NCBI GenBank assembly: GCA_016208485.1
Contig: JACQXY010000008.1
Coordinates: 568-64,567 of the forward strand
Reading direction: 5' to 3'
DNA: 64,000 bases
Origin: Acidobacteriota bacterium
GTDB taxonomy: Bacteria > Actinomycetota > AC-67
A program made the position numbers and the translations under genes. The notes beneath the pieces were generated by a model. It was not told where the DNA came from and made no database searches. It worked only from the letters and a program-made list of their open reading frames with translations. Each line of letters begins with the position of its first letter. Position 1 is the stretch's first letter. Shown here in pieces: positions 21,401 to 30,013 of this stretch.

Positions 21401-22555
21401 ATGGCCGAGGCCTGGGGCGGGATACTCCAAGGGCTCGGTGGAGCTCTCGCGGGCATCTATACGGCTATTCCGTCCTATGCCGTGGCGATCATCGTGCTCA
21501 CGGTGGGAGTGCGACTGCTGCTGATCCCTCTCACGGTGAAGCAGATCCGCTCCATGAACGCGATGCAGAAGATCCAACCGCACCTGAAGCAGCTCCAGCA
21601 GAAGCATAAGGGCGACCGCCAGAAGCTCAACGAAGAGATGATGACCCTGTACCGGGAGCACGGGGTGAACCCGCTCGGCGGTTGCTTCCCGATCATCATG
21701 CAGGCCCCTGTCTTCATCGCACTCTTCTCCGTGCTGAGGGCCGCGACCCCGGCGATCGCGCTGCCCGCCCCCGGGGCGAGCATCCCTGCGGAGGTTGCAG
21801 CCAAGAACACGGTCTGCCGGCCCGGCGGTGACCCGTCGGTGACCGGGCAGGGGTCCATGCAGATCGTTTGCACTCCTGAGGGCGGGCAGGCTCTCACCAT
21901 CCAGATCAAGGAATGGCAGGACCGAAAGGCACGCTCGATCGGCTCCCTTCCCTACCTAACTCGGTGCCAGGCCCGGAAGGAGTCCGCCGACTCGACCACG
22001 GTCAGGGACTTCGTGTGTCAGTCTCCGGTGGGCACCGGCCACCTCCCGAGAGACAGCAGGCTGTTCGGCGAGATCATCGCGGATCACACGCGCTTCGCCG
22101 GCATGGAGATGGCCTGTTCTCCGACGGACGCGGCCTCCAAAGTGAAGATCCAGCAGTGCGCGCCCCCGGGAACCAAGGCGGGTGGCACCGCTCTCGCCGG
22201 CTACTACACGCTCGTGCTGTTGATGGTAGGGACCACCTACTACCAGCAGAAACAGATGTCGGCGCGAGCCCAGGGACCACAGGCGGCCCAGATGCAGATG
22301 ATGACCAGGATCATGCCGGTCTTCCTGGGATTCATCTCTCTGAACATCCCGGCAGGGGTGCTCATCTACTGGGCCGTCTCGAACGTATGGACCATCGGCC
22401 AGCAAACCGTGTTCCTGAGGAAGCAGGGTCCCGTCCCCGCCATTTCCGGCGGAGACGGCAAGGGGCCGAAGCAGGCTCCCGCTCTGGGTCGTCCCGCCAA
22501 GCGGCAGCGTCCGGGCGGTGATGGGAAGCGGAACAAAGGCAAGCGCCAGCGATGA
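21401..22555 (+). CDS. yidC: YidC/Oxa1 insertase with large Cys-rich loop
   Basis: VRLLLIPLTVKQ, YREHGVNPLGGCFP, PAGVLIYWAVSN. Confidence 0.93.
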   Translation: MAEAWGGILQGLGGALAGIYTAIPSYAVAIIVLTVGVRLLLIPLTVKQIRSMNAMQKIQPHLKQLQQKHKGDRQKLNEEMMTLYREHGVNPLGGCFPIIMQAPVFIALFSVLRAATPAIALPAPGASIPAEVAAKNTVCRPGGDPSVTGQGSMQIVCTPEGGQALTIQIKEWQDRKARSIGSLPYLTRCQARKESADSTTVRDFVCQSPVGTGHLPRDSRLFGEIIADHTRFAGMEMACSPTDAASKVKIQQCAPPGTKAGGTALAGYYTLVLLMVGTTYYQQKQMSARAQGPQAAQMQMMTRIMPVFLGFISLNIPAGVLIYWAVSNVWTIGQQTVFLRKQGPVPAISGGDGKGPKQAPALGRPAKRQRPGGDGKRNKGKRQR

Positions 22556-23355
22556 ACGACGCCGTCGAGACCACAGGAAAAACCGTCGAGGATGCGATCG
22601 ACGCAGCCCTCGAGCAGCTTGGGGCTACTGAGGACGAGGTCGAGATCCAGATCCTCGCCGAGGGGGGCCCCCGCGGGATCTTTGGCCGGCGCGTGGAAGC
22701 TGCCCGCGTGCGGGTCAAGCGCCGCGACGAGCGGACCCCTGAGGACCTCGCCCTGCTCGAGGAGGAGGGACCCGAGCTGCTGGAAGGGCCGACGCCTCCG
22801 GAGTTCACGGAGCAAGCGGAGGCCGCCAAGGAATTCCTGGCGGGGCTACTGGGAGCCATCGGGTTGGAGGGCGAGGTCACCGTGGCCACCGGCCCCCTGG
22901 CCGTCACCGCCGATGTGGCCGGGCCCGAGATGGGACTCCTGATCGGCCGCCGAGGAGCGACTCTCGAGGCGGTGCAGGAGCTGGTTCGCGCCGCGGTGCA
23001 GCGCAAGACGGCCACGCGGCCGCGGGTCAACCTGGATATCGAGGGATACCGCTCGCGGCTGCGCTCTGGTCTGGAGCGGAGAGCCCGCGATGCGGCCGCG
23101 CGAGCGCGCCGGTCGCAGCGACCCGTCACCTTGGAGCCCATGAGCGCCTTCCAACGCAAGGTCGTCCACGACGCGCTGGCGGGGTTCGACGGAGTCGCGA
23201 CCTCGAGCGAGGGGGAAGATCCTAGTCGGCGCGTGGTGATCCGGCCGAAGGGGGAACCCAGACGAGGTTCGGCGCCGCGCGGAGGCGGTTCTCGCGGCTC
23301 CGGCGCGCGCGGACAGCGGGGTGCCGGCTCACGGCAGCCCCCGGACTACCGGTAG
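22552..23355 (+). CDS. jag: Jag/KhpB RNA-binding protein
   Basis: GKTVEDAI Jag_N, LIGRRGATL KH, RKVVHD R3H. Confidence 0.93.
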   Translation: MNDAVETTGKTVEDAIDAALEQLGATEDEVEIQILAEGGPRGIFGRRVEAARVRVKRRDERTPEDLALLEEEGPELLEGPTPPEFTEQAEAAKEFLAGLLGAIGLEGEVTVATGPLAVTADVAGPEMGLLIGRRGATLEAVQELVRAAVQRKTATRPRVNLDIEGYRSRLRSGLERRARDAAARARRSQRPVTLEPMSAFQRKVVHDALAGFDGVATSSEGEDPSRRVVIRPKGEPRRGSAPRGGGSRGSGARGQRGAGSRQPPDYR

Positions 23356-23445
23356 CTCCAGTCTCGCTTCAACGCTAGATCAGCCGGATCCCCCGCGTCC
23401 CGCCCTCGGCGACCACGGCGCTCAAGTCGTACCGGAACGTTCTCG

Positions 23446-23516
23446 CGTTCCCCTCGAAACGGACACCCCTCGGGACGCCGACCTGGCCGGCGACGTAGGA
23501 TGTTTCGCGAGAAACC
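23446..23516. promoter_or_regulatory. two putative variant parS sites
   Basis: CGTTCCCCTCGAAACG (23446-23461) and TGTTTCGCGAGAAACC (23501-23516), compared with consensus TGTTTCACGTGAAACA, just upstream of rsmG-parAB. Confidence 0.55.
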
Positions 23517-23546
23517 ATGAAGCCGCCGACTCTGCGACTGAAGAAC

Positions 23547-24254
23547 ATGGAGAACGAGGTGACCCCTTCCGCGCGCGCGCTCGACTCGATAGCTGACTCG
23601 GCCGGAGCCGAGCATACTGACCGCGACCTGGCACTCCTGTGTTTGATGCTCCGTCGCATGTGGATCCCGGAGAGCACGGCCTCTCTCCTGCTCGCTCACG
23701 CAGCCGCGGTAGCTCGAGGCGCGATGCGCCTCGGATTGATCTCGCCGCGAGACGAAGGCGCGGTGGTGTCACGCCACACGGCGGACTCGCTCTTGTTTGC
23801 GCTGGCCAGACCGCCTGTTCCTCGTGAGAGGTGGGTTGACGTCGGCAGCGGTGCGGGCTTTCCCGGTCTGGCCCTTGCCTGCTGCTACCCTGAGACGGAG
23901 TTCGTGCTCGCCGAACCGCTTCGCAGGCGGGCCGGATTCCTCGAGCTGACCGTGGCCTCGCTCGGCTTGGAGAATGCGGAGGTGCGTTCTGTGCGGCTGC
24001 CGGATGCGAATCCAGACCCAGCCCTTGGCGGGGAGTTCGATGTGGCAGTGGCTCGCGCGCTCGCGGACCCTTCGGAGAGCCTGAAACGCCTTCTCGATGT
24101 AGTTCGACAAGACGGGGAGGCAATCGTCGCCGCCGGGAGGTCGGCGCAGATTCCAAGCGGAGCCCGGGAAGTGGAGGTAAAGATTGAGGGCGTCGACTCT
24201 CCAGGTCGACTATTCATTGCACGGCGAGCTGTCTCGTCCTCGGGGGTACCTTGA
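23547..24254 (+). CDS. rsmG: 16S rRNA m7G527 methyltransferase
   Basis: RHTADSL, DVGSGAGFPG, VARAL. Start uncertain (23517/23547). Confidence 0.9.
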   Translation: MENEVTPSARALDSIADSAGAEHTDRDLALLCLMLRRMWIPESTASLLLAHAAAVARGAMRLGLISPRDEGAVVSRHTADSLLFALARPPVPRERWVDVGSGAGFPGLALACCYPETEFVLAEPLRRRAGFLELTVASLGLENAEVRSVRLPDANPDPALGGEFDVAVARALADPSESLKRLLDVVRQDGEAIVAAGRSAQIPSGAREVEVKIEGVDSPGRLFIARRAVSSSGVP

Positions 24255-24307
24255 GGATTGCCTGGTACTATCTGCCTATATCAGGCCTGGCACGATCTAG
24301 GAGTATC

Positions 24308-25279
24308 ATGGATGCTGAGGGGTTGACGGAAATCCGCGCCGGGCACGTGGTTGCTTTCGCGAATCAGAAGGGCGGAGTGGGCAAGACCACGACGGCCGTG
24401 AACCTGGGCGCCTGCCTTGCGGAGCTAGGGCGGCGGGTGCTGCTCGTGGACCTGGATCCCCAAGGAAACGCGAGCACCGGAGTCGGCGTGGACCGCGCGA
24501 CCGTCAAGATCGGCACCTACGAGGTCCTCGCCGGCTCGAACACCGGCGACGCGATCGTCGGGACTCCGGCGGCGGGGCTCGACGTGCTCCCCTCGACTCT
24601 GGACCTCGCCGGCGCCGAGATCGAGCTGACGAGCGCGTTCGCCCGCGAGGGGAAGCTGCGCGCGGCCCTTGCCGCGGTCCGAGGACGTTACGACTTCGTT
24701 CTGGTGGACTCGCCGCCGTCGCTCGGGCTGCTCACCGTGAATGCCCTCACCGCCGCCGACGCCGTCTGCGTGCCGATCCAGTGCGAGTACTACGCGCTCG
24801 AGGGGCTCGGCCAGCTCCTGCGGACCATCGAGCTTGTGCGCGAGAGCCTGAATCCGCAGCTTGCGCTCGGCGGCGTCGCGCTCACGATGTTCGACGCCAG
24901 GACCAAGCTCGCCGAGCAGGTCGCCGCCGAGGTGCGGCTGCACTTCGGCGGTGCGGTGTTTGAGTCGGTGATTCCTCGCAGCGTGCGGCTCTCGGAGGCG
25001 CCGGGCTTCGGCAAGCCGGTCATCCTGTACGACGGCGCCTCCCGGGGGGCGCAGGCCTACCGGGCGCTCGCGCGCGAGGCGCTCGGGCGCTGGGAACCCC
25101 GGCCCGCGGAGCCCCGGCCCGCCGAGCCCCAGCCCGCCGAGCCCCAGCCGGCGGCCGAGCCGCCGGAGAACGCGGTGGCGTCGGTCGCCTGCGGCGCCGC
25201 GCCCGGCACTAGGGAGAGCCCCGCTCCGGGGGAAGGCTCGGTTCCGGACACGGAAGGAGAACAGGAATGGGCCAAGTGA
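24308..25279 (+). CDS. parA: ParA/Soj ATPase
   Basis: NQKGGVGKTT, DLDPQGNAS, QCEYYALEG, RLSEAP. Confidence 0.95.
   Translation: MDAEGLTEIRAGHVVAFANQKGGVGKTTTAVNLGACLAELGRRVLLVDLDPQGNASTGVGVDRATVKIGTYEVLAGSNTGDAIVGTPAAGLDVLPSTLDLAGAEIELTSAFAREGKLRAALAAVRGRYDFVLVDSPPSLGLLTVNALTAADAVCVPIQCEYYALEGLGQLLRTIELVRESLNPQLALGGVALTMFDARTKLAEQVAAEVRLHFGGAVFESVIPRSVRLSEAPGFGKPVILYDGASRGAQAYRALAREALGRWEPRPAEPRPAEPQPAEPQPAAEPPENAVASVACGAAPGTRESPAPGEGSVPDTEGEQEWAK
25094..25160 (+). repeat. 15-bp in-frame tandem repeat (EP[R/Q]PA)x4 in ParA tail
   Basis: gaaccccggcccgcg gagccccggcccgcc gagccccagcccgcc gagccccagccggcg. Confidence 0.8.
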
Positions 25280-26160
25280 AGGGAGGGCTCGGACGCGGGC
25301 TCGCGGCGTTGCTGCCGACCGGCGCCGGCACGCTTCGGGAGATCCCGCTCGACGAGATCGGCCCGAACCCCCGGCAGCCCCGGCGGGAGATCGACCCGCT
25401 CAGCCTTGAGGAGCTCGCCGGCTCGATCCGCGCGGTGGGGCTGCTCCAGCCGGTCATCGTGCGACGGCGCGCGGAGGGCGACGGCACGGCCGGGCCCGCT
25501 TACGAGCTGGTCGTGGGCGAGCGACGCTGGCGCGCGTCCCGCCGCGCCGGGCTCGAGCGCATCCCGGCCATCGTCCGCGAGGCCGACGACCACGCCCTGC
25601 TTCGCGACGCCCTCATCGAGAATCTCCAGCGCGTGGACCTGAACGCGCTGGAGGAGGCCGCGGCCTACCGGCAGCTCGTGGACGACCTCGGCGTGACCCA
25701 CGAAGAGGTGGCCGCGCGCGTCGGCAAGAGCCGCGCCGCGATCACCAACGCGCTCCGTCTGCTCGCGCTCGCGCCGGGCGTGCAGATGCGGATCGCCTCC
25801 GGCGCGCTGACGGCGGCGCACGGACGGGCGATCGCCGCCCTCGCCGACCCGGAGGCCCAGGCGCGCGCGGCCGGGCGCGCGGTGGCCGAGGGGCTGAGCG
25901 TGAAGGGGACCGAGGAGCTGGTGCGCACTCTTGCCGCGGCCGGAACGCCTCTGTCGGTGCGGGGAGCGGCGAGCCGGCCGCCACGCGCGGCGGGAATCCT
26001 GGAGGCGGAGGCCGCTCTCTCCGATATGCTTGACACCACGGTGAGGATCGAGGCGGGGCGGCGCCGGGGGAGGCTCATCATCGAGTTTGCCGGCCCAGGC
26101 GACCTGAACCGGATCGTGCGCAAGATCACCGGGGAGCCTGCCGCGCCCGGGTCCGGCTGA
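25267..26160 (+). CDS. parB: ParB/Spo0J partition protein
   Basis: [45 protein letters not shown]. Confidence 0.95.
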   Translation: MGQVKGGLGRGLAALLPTGAGTLREIPLDEIGPNPRQPRREIDPLSLEELAGSIRAVGLLQPVIVRRRAEGDGTAGPAYELVVGERRWRASRRAGLERIPAIVREADDHALLRDALIENLQRVDLNALEEAAAYRQLVDDLGVTHEEVAARVGKSRAAITNALRLLALAPGVQMRIASGALTAAHGRAIAALADPEAQARAAGRAVAEGLSVKGTEELVRTLAAAGTPLSVRGAASRPPRAAGILEAEAALSDMLDTTVRIEAGRRRGRLIIEFAGPGDLNRIVRKITGEPAAPGSG

Positions 26161-26180
26161 CCGCCGCCGAGGGGGATCCG

Positions 26181-27347
26181 ATGGAGTTCCGCAGGATCGA
26201 CCGCCTCCCTCCATACGTGTTCAACGTCGTGAACGAGCTGAAGCTCGCCGCTCGCCGCGCCGGAGAGGACATCGTCGACCTCGGCATGGGAAACCCCGAT
26301 CTCGCGTCGCCGGCTCGGGTGGTGGACAAGCTCGTCGAGGCGGCCCAGAACCCTCGGAACCATCGGTACTCGGCCTCGCGCGGCATTCCGAAGCTCCGCA
26401 AGGCCATCGCGGACTGGTACGGGCGGCGCTACGGCGTTCCGCTCGACCCGGAGACCGAGGTCGTCGCTGCGATCGGGGCGAAGGAGGCGATGAGCCACCT
26501 CGCGTGGGCGCTCGTCGCGCCGGGAGATACTTGCCTCGTGCCCGAGCCCACGTACCCGATCCACACCTTCTCGATGGCGCTCGCCGGCGCCGACGTCCAG
26601 GCCGTGCCGCTCGCCGCGGAGGCGGACTTCTTCGCGAGCCTGCTCGACGCCTACGAGCGCTCGTGGCCGCGCCCGCGCGCGGTCGTCACGAGCTTCCCGC
26701 ACAACCCGACTACCGCGATCGTGGACCGGTCGTTCTTCGAGCGGCTGGTCGAGTTCGCGCGGGAGCGCGACCTCATGGTCGTGCACGATTTCGCCTACGC
26801 CGACCTCGGGTTCGACTTCGACCCGCCGAGCTTCCTGCAGGTGCCCGGCGCCAAGGAGGTCGGCGTGGAGCTGTTCTCGCTCTCGAAGTCCTTCTCGATG
26901 CCCGGCTGGCGGATCGCCTTCGTCGTCGGCAATCCCCAGATCGTCGCGGCGCTCGCGCGCCTGAAGAGCTACCTCGACTACGGCGTGTTCCAGCCGGTGC
27001 AGATCGCCGCGATCATCGCGCTCAACGAGTGCGAGGGGGAGACGAAGATTTACCGGGACATCTACCGCGCGAGGCGAGACACTCTCATCGACGGGCTCGC
27101 CCGGGCCGGCTGGACGGTGCCGTCCCCGCGCGCCACGATGTTCGTCTGGGCGGAGATCCCCGAGGAGCACGCCGCCGCAGGCTCCCTCGAGTTCGCGAAG
27201 AAGATGCTCGCCGAAGGCGGGGTCGCCGTTTCCCCCGGCATCGGATTCGGACGCGCCGGCGATCGTTTCGTTCGGTTCGCGCTCGTCGAGAACGAGCACC
27301 GCATCCGGCAGGCGACGCGGGGGATCAAGAAGGCGCTCGGCGGATGA
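26181..27347 (+). CDS. class I/II PLP aminotransferase (AlaC-like)
   Basis: [33 protein letters not shown]. Confidence 0.92.
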   Translation: MEFRRIDRLPPYVFNVVNELKLAARRAGEDIVDLGMGNPDLASPARVVDKLVEAAQNPRNHRYSASRGIPKLRKAIADWYGRRYGVPLDPETEVVAAIGAKEAMSHLAWALVAPGDTCLVPEPTYPIHTFSMALAGADVQAVPLAAEADFFASLLDAYERSWPRPRAVVTSFPHNPTTAIVDRSFFERLVEFARERDLMVVHDFAYADLGFDFDPPSFLQVPGAKEVGVELFSLSKSFSMPGWRIAFVVGNPQIVAALARLKSYLDYGVFQPVQIAAIIALNECEGETKIYRDIYRARRDTLIDGLARAGWTVPSPRATMFVWAEIPEEHAAAGSLEFAKKMLAEGGVAVSPGIGFGRAGDRFVRFALVENEHRIRQATRGIKKALGG

Positions 27348-27466
27348 GCAGGGCGGCGGCCGAGGCCCGGCGGGGGCTAATCGGCTTCCTGCTCGGAGTC
27401 GCGCTCGGCATGATCGTGCGGCTGTTCGTCCGGCCGGAGGACCGGGCCGCGCGCCCGGAGGCCTGA
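27344..27466 (+). CDS. small single-TM protein (40 aa)
   Basis: [44 protein letters not shown] overlap upstream and TGATG overlap downstream. Confidence 0.7.
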   Translation: MSRAAAEARRGLIGFLLGVALGMIVRLFVRPEDRAARPEA

Positions 27467-28086
27467 TGGCCCGCCAGTTCATCCGCGACCTCACCGTCGG
27501 GGACCTGAGCGCGCTCCCAACGCGCTGCCGAGGCTGCCTCTTCTGGGAGCTTGCCCCGATCGAGCGGGCATTCGCCTCCGAGCACGACCCGGAGTTCGAG
27601 AAGGAGGCGTGGTTCTCCGAGGTGAGCCTGGTCGTCGGGGCCTGCGGGAAGGTCGCCTACTCCGACAACGACCCCGTCGGCTACGCGCTCTTCGGGCCCC
27701 CGGAGATCTTCCCGGGCGCCCTGTCGTTCCCCGCGCGCGTGTCCAAGGACGCGCTGCTCCTCGCGACGCTGCACGTGCTCCCCGTCGCCGAGCGCGAGGG
27801 CATCGGACGGGCGCTCGTGCACGCGGCGCTCCGGGAGGCGAAGGGGCGCGGCAAGCGCGCGGTGGAGGCGTTCGGCGACCGCCAGTGGCGCCACCCCGAT
27901 TGCGTCATCCCGGCGGAGTTCCTCGAGAAGGTCGGCTTCCGCGTGCGCCGCGAGCACGTGCGCTTCCCGCTCCTGCGGATCGACGTGCGCTCGCTCGGGC
28001 GGATCGCCGAGGACGCGGCGGCCGCGGTGGAGAAGCTGCTCGAGTCGGTGTTCCGGCCCGAGCCGGCCGCCAAGGCCGCGCCGTAG
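27466..28086 (+). CDS. GNAT acetyltransferase (Rv3916c-like)
   Basis: CRGCLFWEL, FEKEAW, CGKVAY, REGIGRALV. Conserved position near cwlM. Confidence 0.85.
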   Translation: MARQFIRDLTVGDLSALPTRCRGCLFWELAPIERAFASEHDPEFEKEAWFSEVSLVVGACGKVAYSDNDPVGYALFGPPEIFPGALSFPARVSKDALLLATLHVLPVAEREGIGRALVHAALREAKGRGKRAVEAFGDRQWRHPDCVIPAEFLEKVGFRVRREHVRFPLLRIDVRSLGRIAEDAAAAVEKLLESVFRPEPAAKAAP

Positions 28087-28133
28087 CCCTTCGAGGGCCG
28101 GCCGGGAGGTTTCCCGCCCGTATACTGCGACCG

Positions 28134-28448
28134 ATGGAGAGGGAACCGAGCCTGGACGAGCTCCGCGCGCTGGCCGCGCGTCTCGCCCGGGCGGTGGGGG
28201 CCAATCTGGTCGTGCTCTTCGGCTCCCGCGCCCGGGGAGAGGGGCGCGTGGGGAGCGACGTGGACCTGCTCTACATCGTGCCAGATGGAGCCGACCTTCT
28301 CGCCCTCGGGCCCGTGGCGGAGATGGCCCTCCGACCGCGACCCTGGCCCGTGGACCTCGTTCCGATGCGGGAGAGCCACTGGAAGGCGCGGGCCTCGGTC
28401 CTTGCCAGGCAGGTGGCGGCGGAAGGGATCGTTCTGTATGCCGCCTGA
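28134..28448 (+). CDS. minimal nucleotidyltransferase (MNT antitoxin)
   Basis: LFGSRARGEGRVGSDVDLL. TATACT 7 nt upstream (leaderless). Confidence 0.88.
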   Translation: MEREPSLDELRALAARLARAVGANLVVLFGSRARGEGRVGSDVDLLYIVPDGADLLALGPVAEMALRPRPWPVDLVPMRESHWKARASVLARQVAAEGIVLYAA

Positions 28449-28983
28449 CCGTGACGAGGCGCTGCGGTGGGCCGCATATGCGGAGGAGGATTGGGAGTAC
28501 GGTGTCGCGGGCATCGAGCGCTTCCCTCGCGGAGCGGGTTGGAACCTCCACCAGGCCGCGGAGAAGTACCTCAAGGCCGTGCTGCTGGGCGAGGGGTGGG
28601 ACCCGCCACGCACGCACGATCTCCTGCACCTGCTCGACGCGATCCACCCGGACCGTGGCGACGAGCTGGAGAGAGCGCTCAGCGCTCTGGCCCCGTTCGG
28701 TGTCGCCAGCCGCTATCCGGGCGACCTCCCCCGAGTCACTCCCGATGAGGCTGCGCGAGCGCGCGATGCCGCAGCGGTCGTGCGGCGCTTCGCCGGCGCG
28801 CGCCCTGGTGCGGCCGGTGTCTGGCGAGACCGGAGGAAGTCGCCGCAGCACTCATCAAGGAGGCCGACCTCGCGGAGGAGGGACGGCGACAGCGCGCCGA
28901 CATCCCTCGCCCGGAGGCGCCGACGCCGGCGAAGGTCTACACACGGTGGGACGCGACCTTCGGAACCCACGGGCCGCGCGTGA
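28438..28983 (+). CDS. HEPN domain protein with read-through tail
   Basis: HQAAEKYLKAVL, PRTHDLLHL, RYPG. The last ~60 aa look like off-frame read-through. Confidence 0.82.
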   Translation: MPPDRDEALRWAAYAEEDWEYGVAGIERFPRGAGWNLHQAAEKYLKAVLLGEGWDPPRTHDLLHLLDAIHPDRGDELERALSALAPFGVASRYPGDLPRVTPDEAARARDAAAVVRRFAGARPGAAGVWRDRRKSPQHSSRRPTSRRRDGDSAPTSLARRRRRRRRSTHGGTRPSEPTGRA

Positions 28984-29162
28984 AGCTCATCGTCACCGCC
29001 GCGCTCGGGCTCGGTGCGCTCCTCGGCGCGCTATTCCTGATCGGCGTGCTGCGGAGCGGTCTGACGCAGGTCGGGCCGTTCGCGCTCACCTACTTCGTGC
29101 TCTACGTGGTCGGAGCGGGGTACCTCCTCTCGCAGATCTGGCGCCGCGAGCGGAGGCGCTGA
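28980..29162 (+). CDS. small 2-TM membrane protein (possibly the 3' part of a longer eroded gene)
   Basis: Two hydrophobic segments. The frame is open back to 28749. Confidence 0.55.
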   Translation: MKLIVTAALGLGALLGALFLIGVLRSGLTQVGPFALTYFVLYVVGAGYLLSQIWRRERRR

Positions 29163-29199
29163 TGGCCCGCCTCTGCCCCCGCAAGCTCCGGCGGGGCGC

Positions 29200-29643
29200 T
29201 CAACTCCGCCGCGCGCGCGGTGCGAGCGGGTTCACCCACCGGACCTCGTCGAACCGGGCGAAGTCGCTGTCGGCCGACGCCACCGCCAGGCCGTGCTCCA
29301 GCGCGAGCGCGGCGAGCGCCGCGTCCGGGATGGCATTCCCGCGCAGCCGGTAGGTGCGGATCAACCGGCCGAGTATCTCGGCGTGGCGGTCGGTCGGCTG
29401 CGGGATCCAAGCGGACCCGGCTGCCAGCCAGTCCTCGACGTGCTGCCACGCCGCCTCAGGGTCGAGCGGCCGCTTGGATGCGCGCGGGTGCGTGCTGATC
29501 CGGACGAAAGCGATCAGCGATGGCCACGGGAGGCCGGTGCGCGCGGGCCCGTTGAGCCGAGCCGTGAGCCAGGCGCGGGCGGCGGCGTGGAAGGGGCTCT
29601 CCTCGTCGACGGCGAAGAGCAGCAGGTTGGCGTCGACGATCAT
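29200..29643 (-). CDS. VapC PIN toxin
   Basis: MIVDANLLL, GNAIPDAALAALA, SADSDF. Confidence 0.92.
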   Translation of the reverse strand: MIVDANLLLFAVDEESPFHAAARAWLTARLNGPARTGLPWPSLIAFVRISTHPRASKRPLDPEAAWQHVEDWLAAGSAWIPQPTDRHAEILGRLIRTYRLRGNAIPDAALAALALEHGLAVASADSDFARFDEVRWVNPLAPRARRS

Positions 29644-29874
29644 CTATGGGGCGCCGGGACCGTCGAGCAGCTCAAGGGCCTCGGCCACGTTCGTGACATC
29701 GATCTTGAGACCGAGTCGTTGCGTGCGCTGCTTGAACGACCGCCTGCGGGTTCGAGCGCTCAGGCCCGCGCGGACGAGGTCGTTGATCACCTCGCGAAGC
29801 CCGAGGCCGCGCTCACGCCGCAGCCGCTGGACTGCGGCCGCGACGTCGTCGTCCAGGATGATCGTCGTCCTCAT
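29644..29874 (-). CDS. VapB RHH antitoxin
   Basis: MRTTIILDDDV, VINDLVRAGL. Directly upstream of vapC. Confidence 0.88.
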   Translation of the reverse strand: MRTTIILDDDVAAAVQRLRRERGLGLREVINDLVRAGLSARTRRRSFKQRTQRLGLKIDVTNVAEALELLDGPGAP

Positions 29875-30013
29875 GGACCGAGCGTAGCACAGCGATGCAA
29901 GAGGGGCAGCATCACGATGCCTGGGCTGCGCCGCCGGGGGGCGTTGAGCAGCGGGACCATAGCTGGCTGCCTGTAGCGGTATCCTGTTCGCGCTCGAACC
30001 GGGTTGCCGAGCA

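Noticed and set aside
25094-25160. ParA tail repeat as a special functional element
   Set aside because: Ordinary low-complexity Pro-rich linker expansion.
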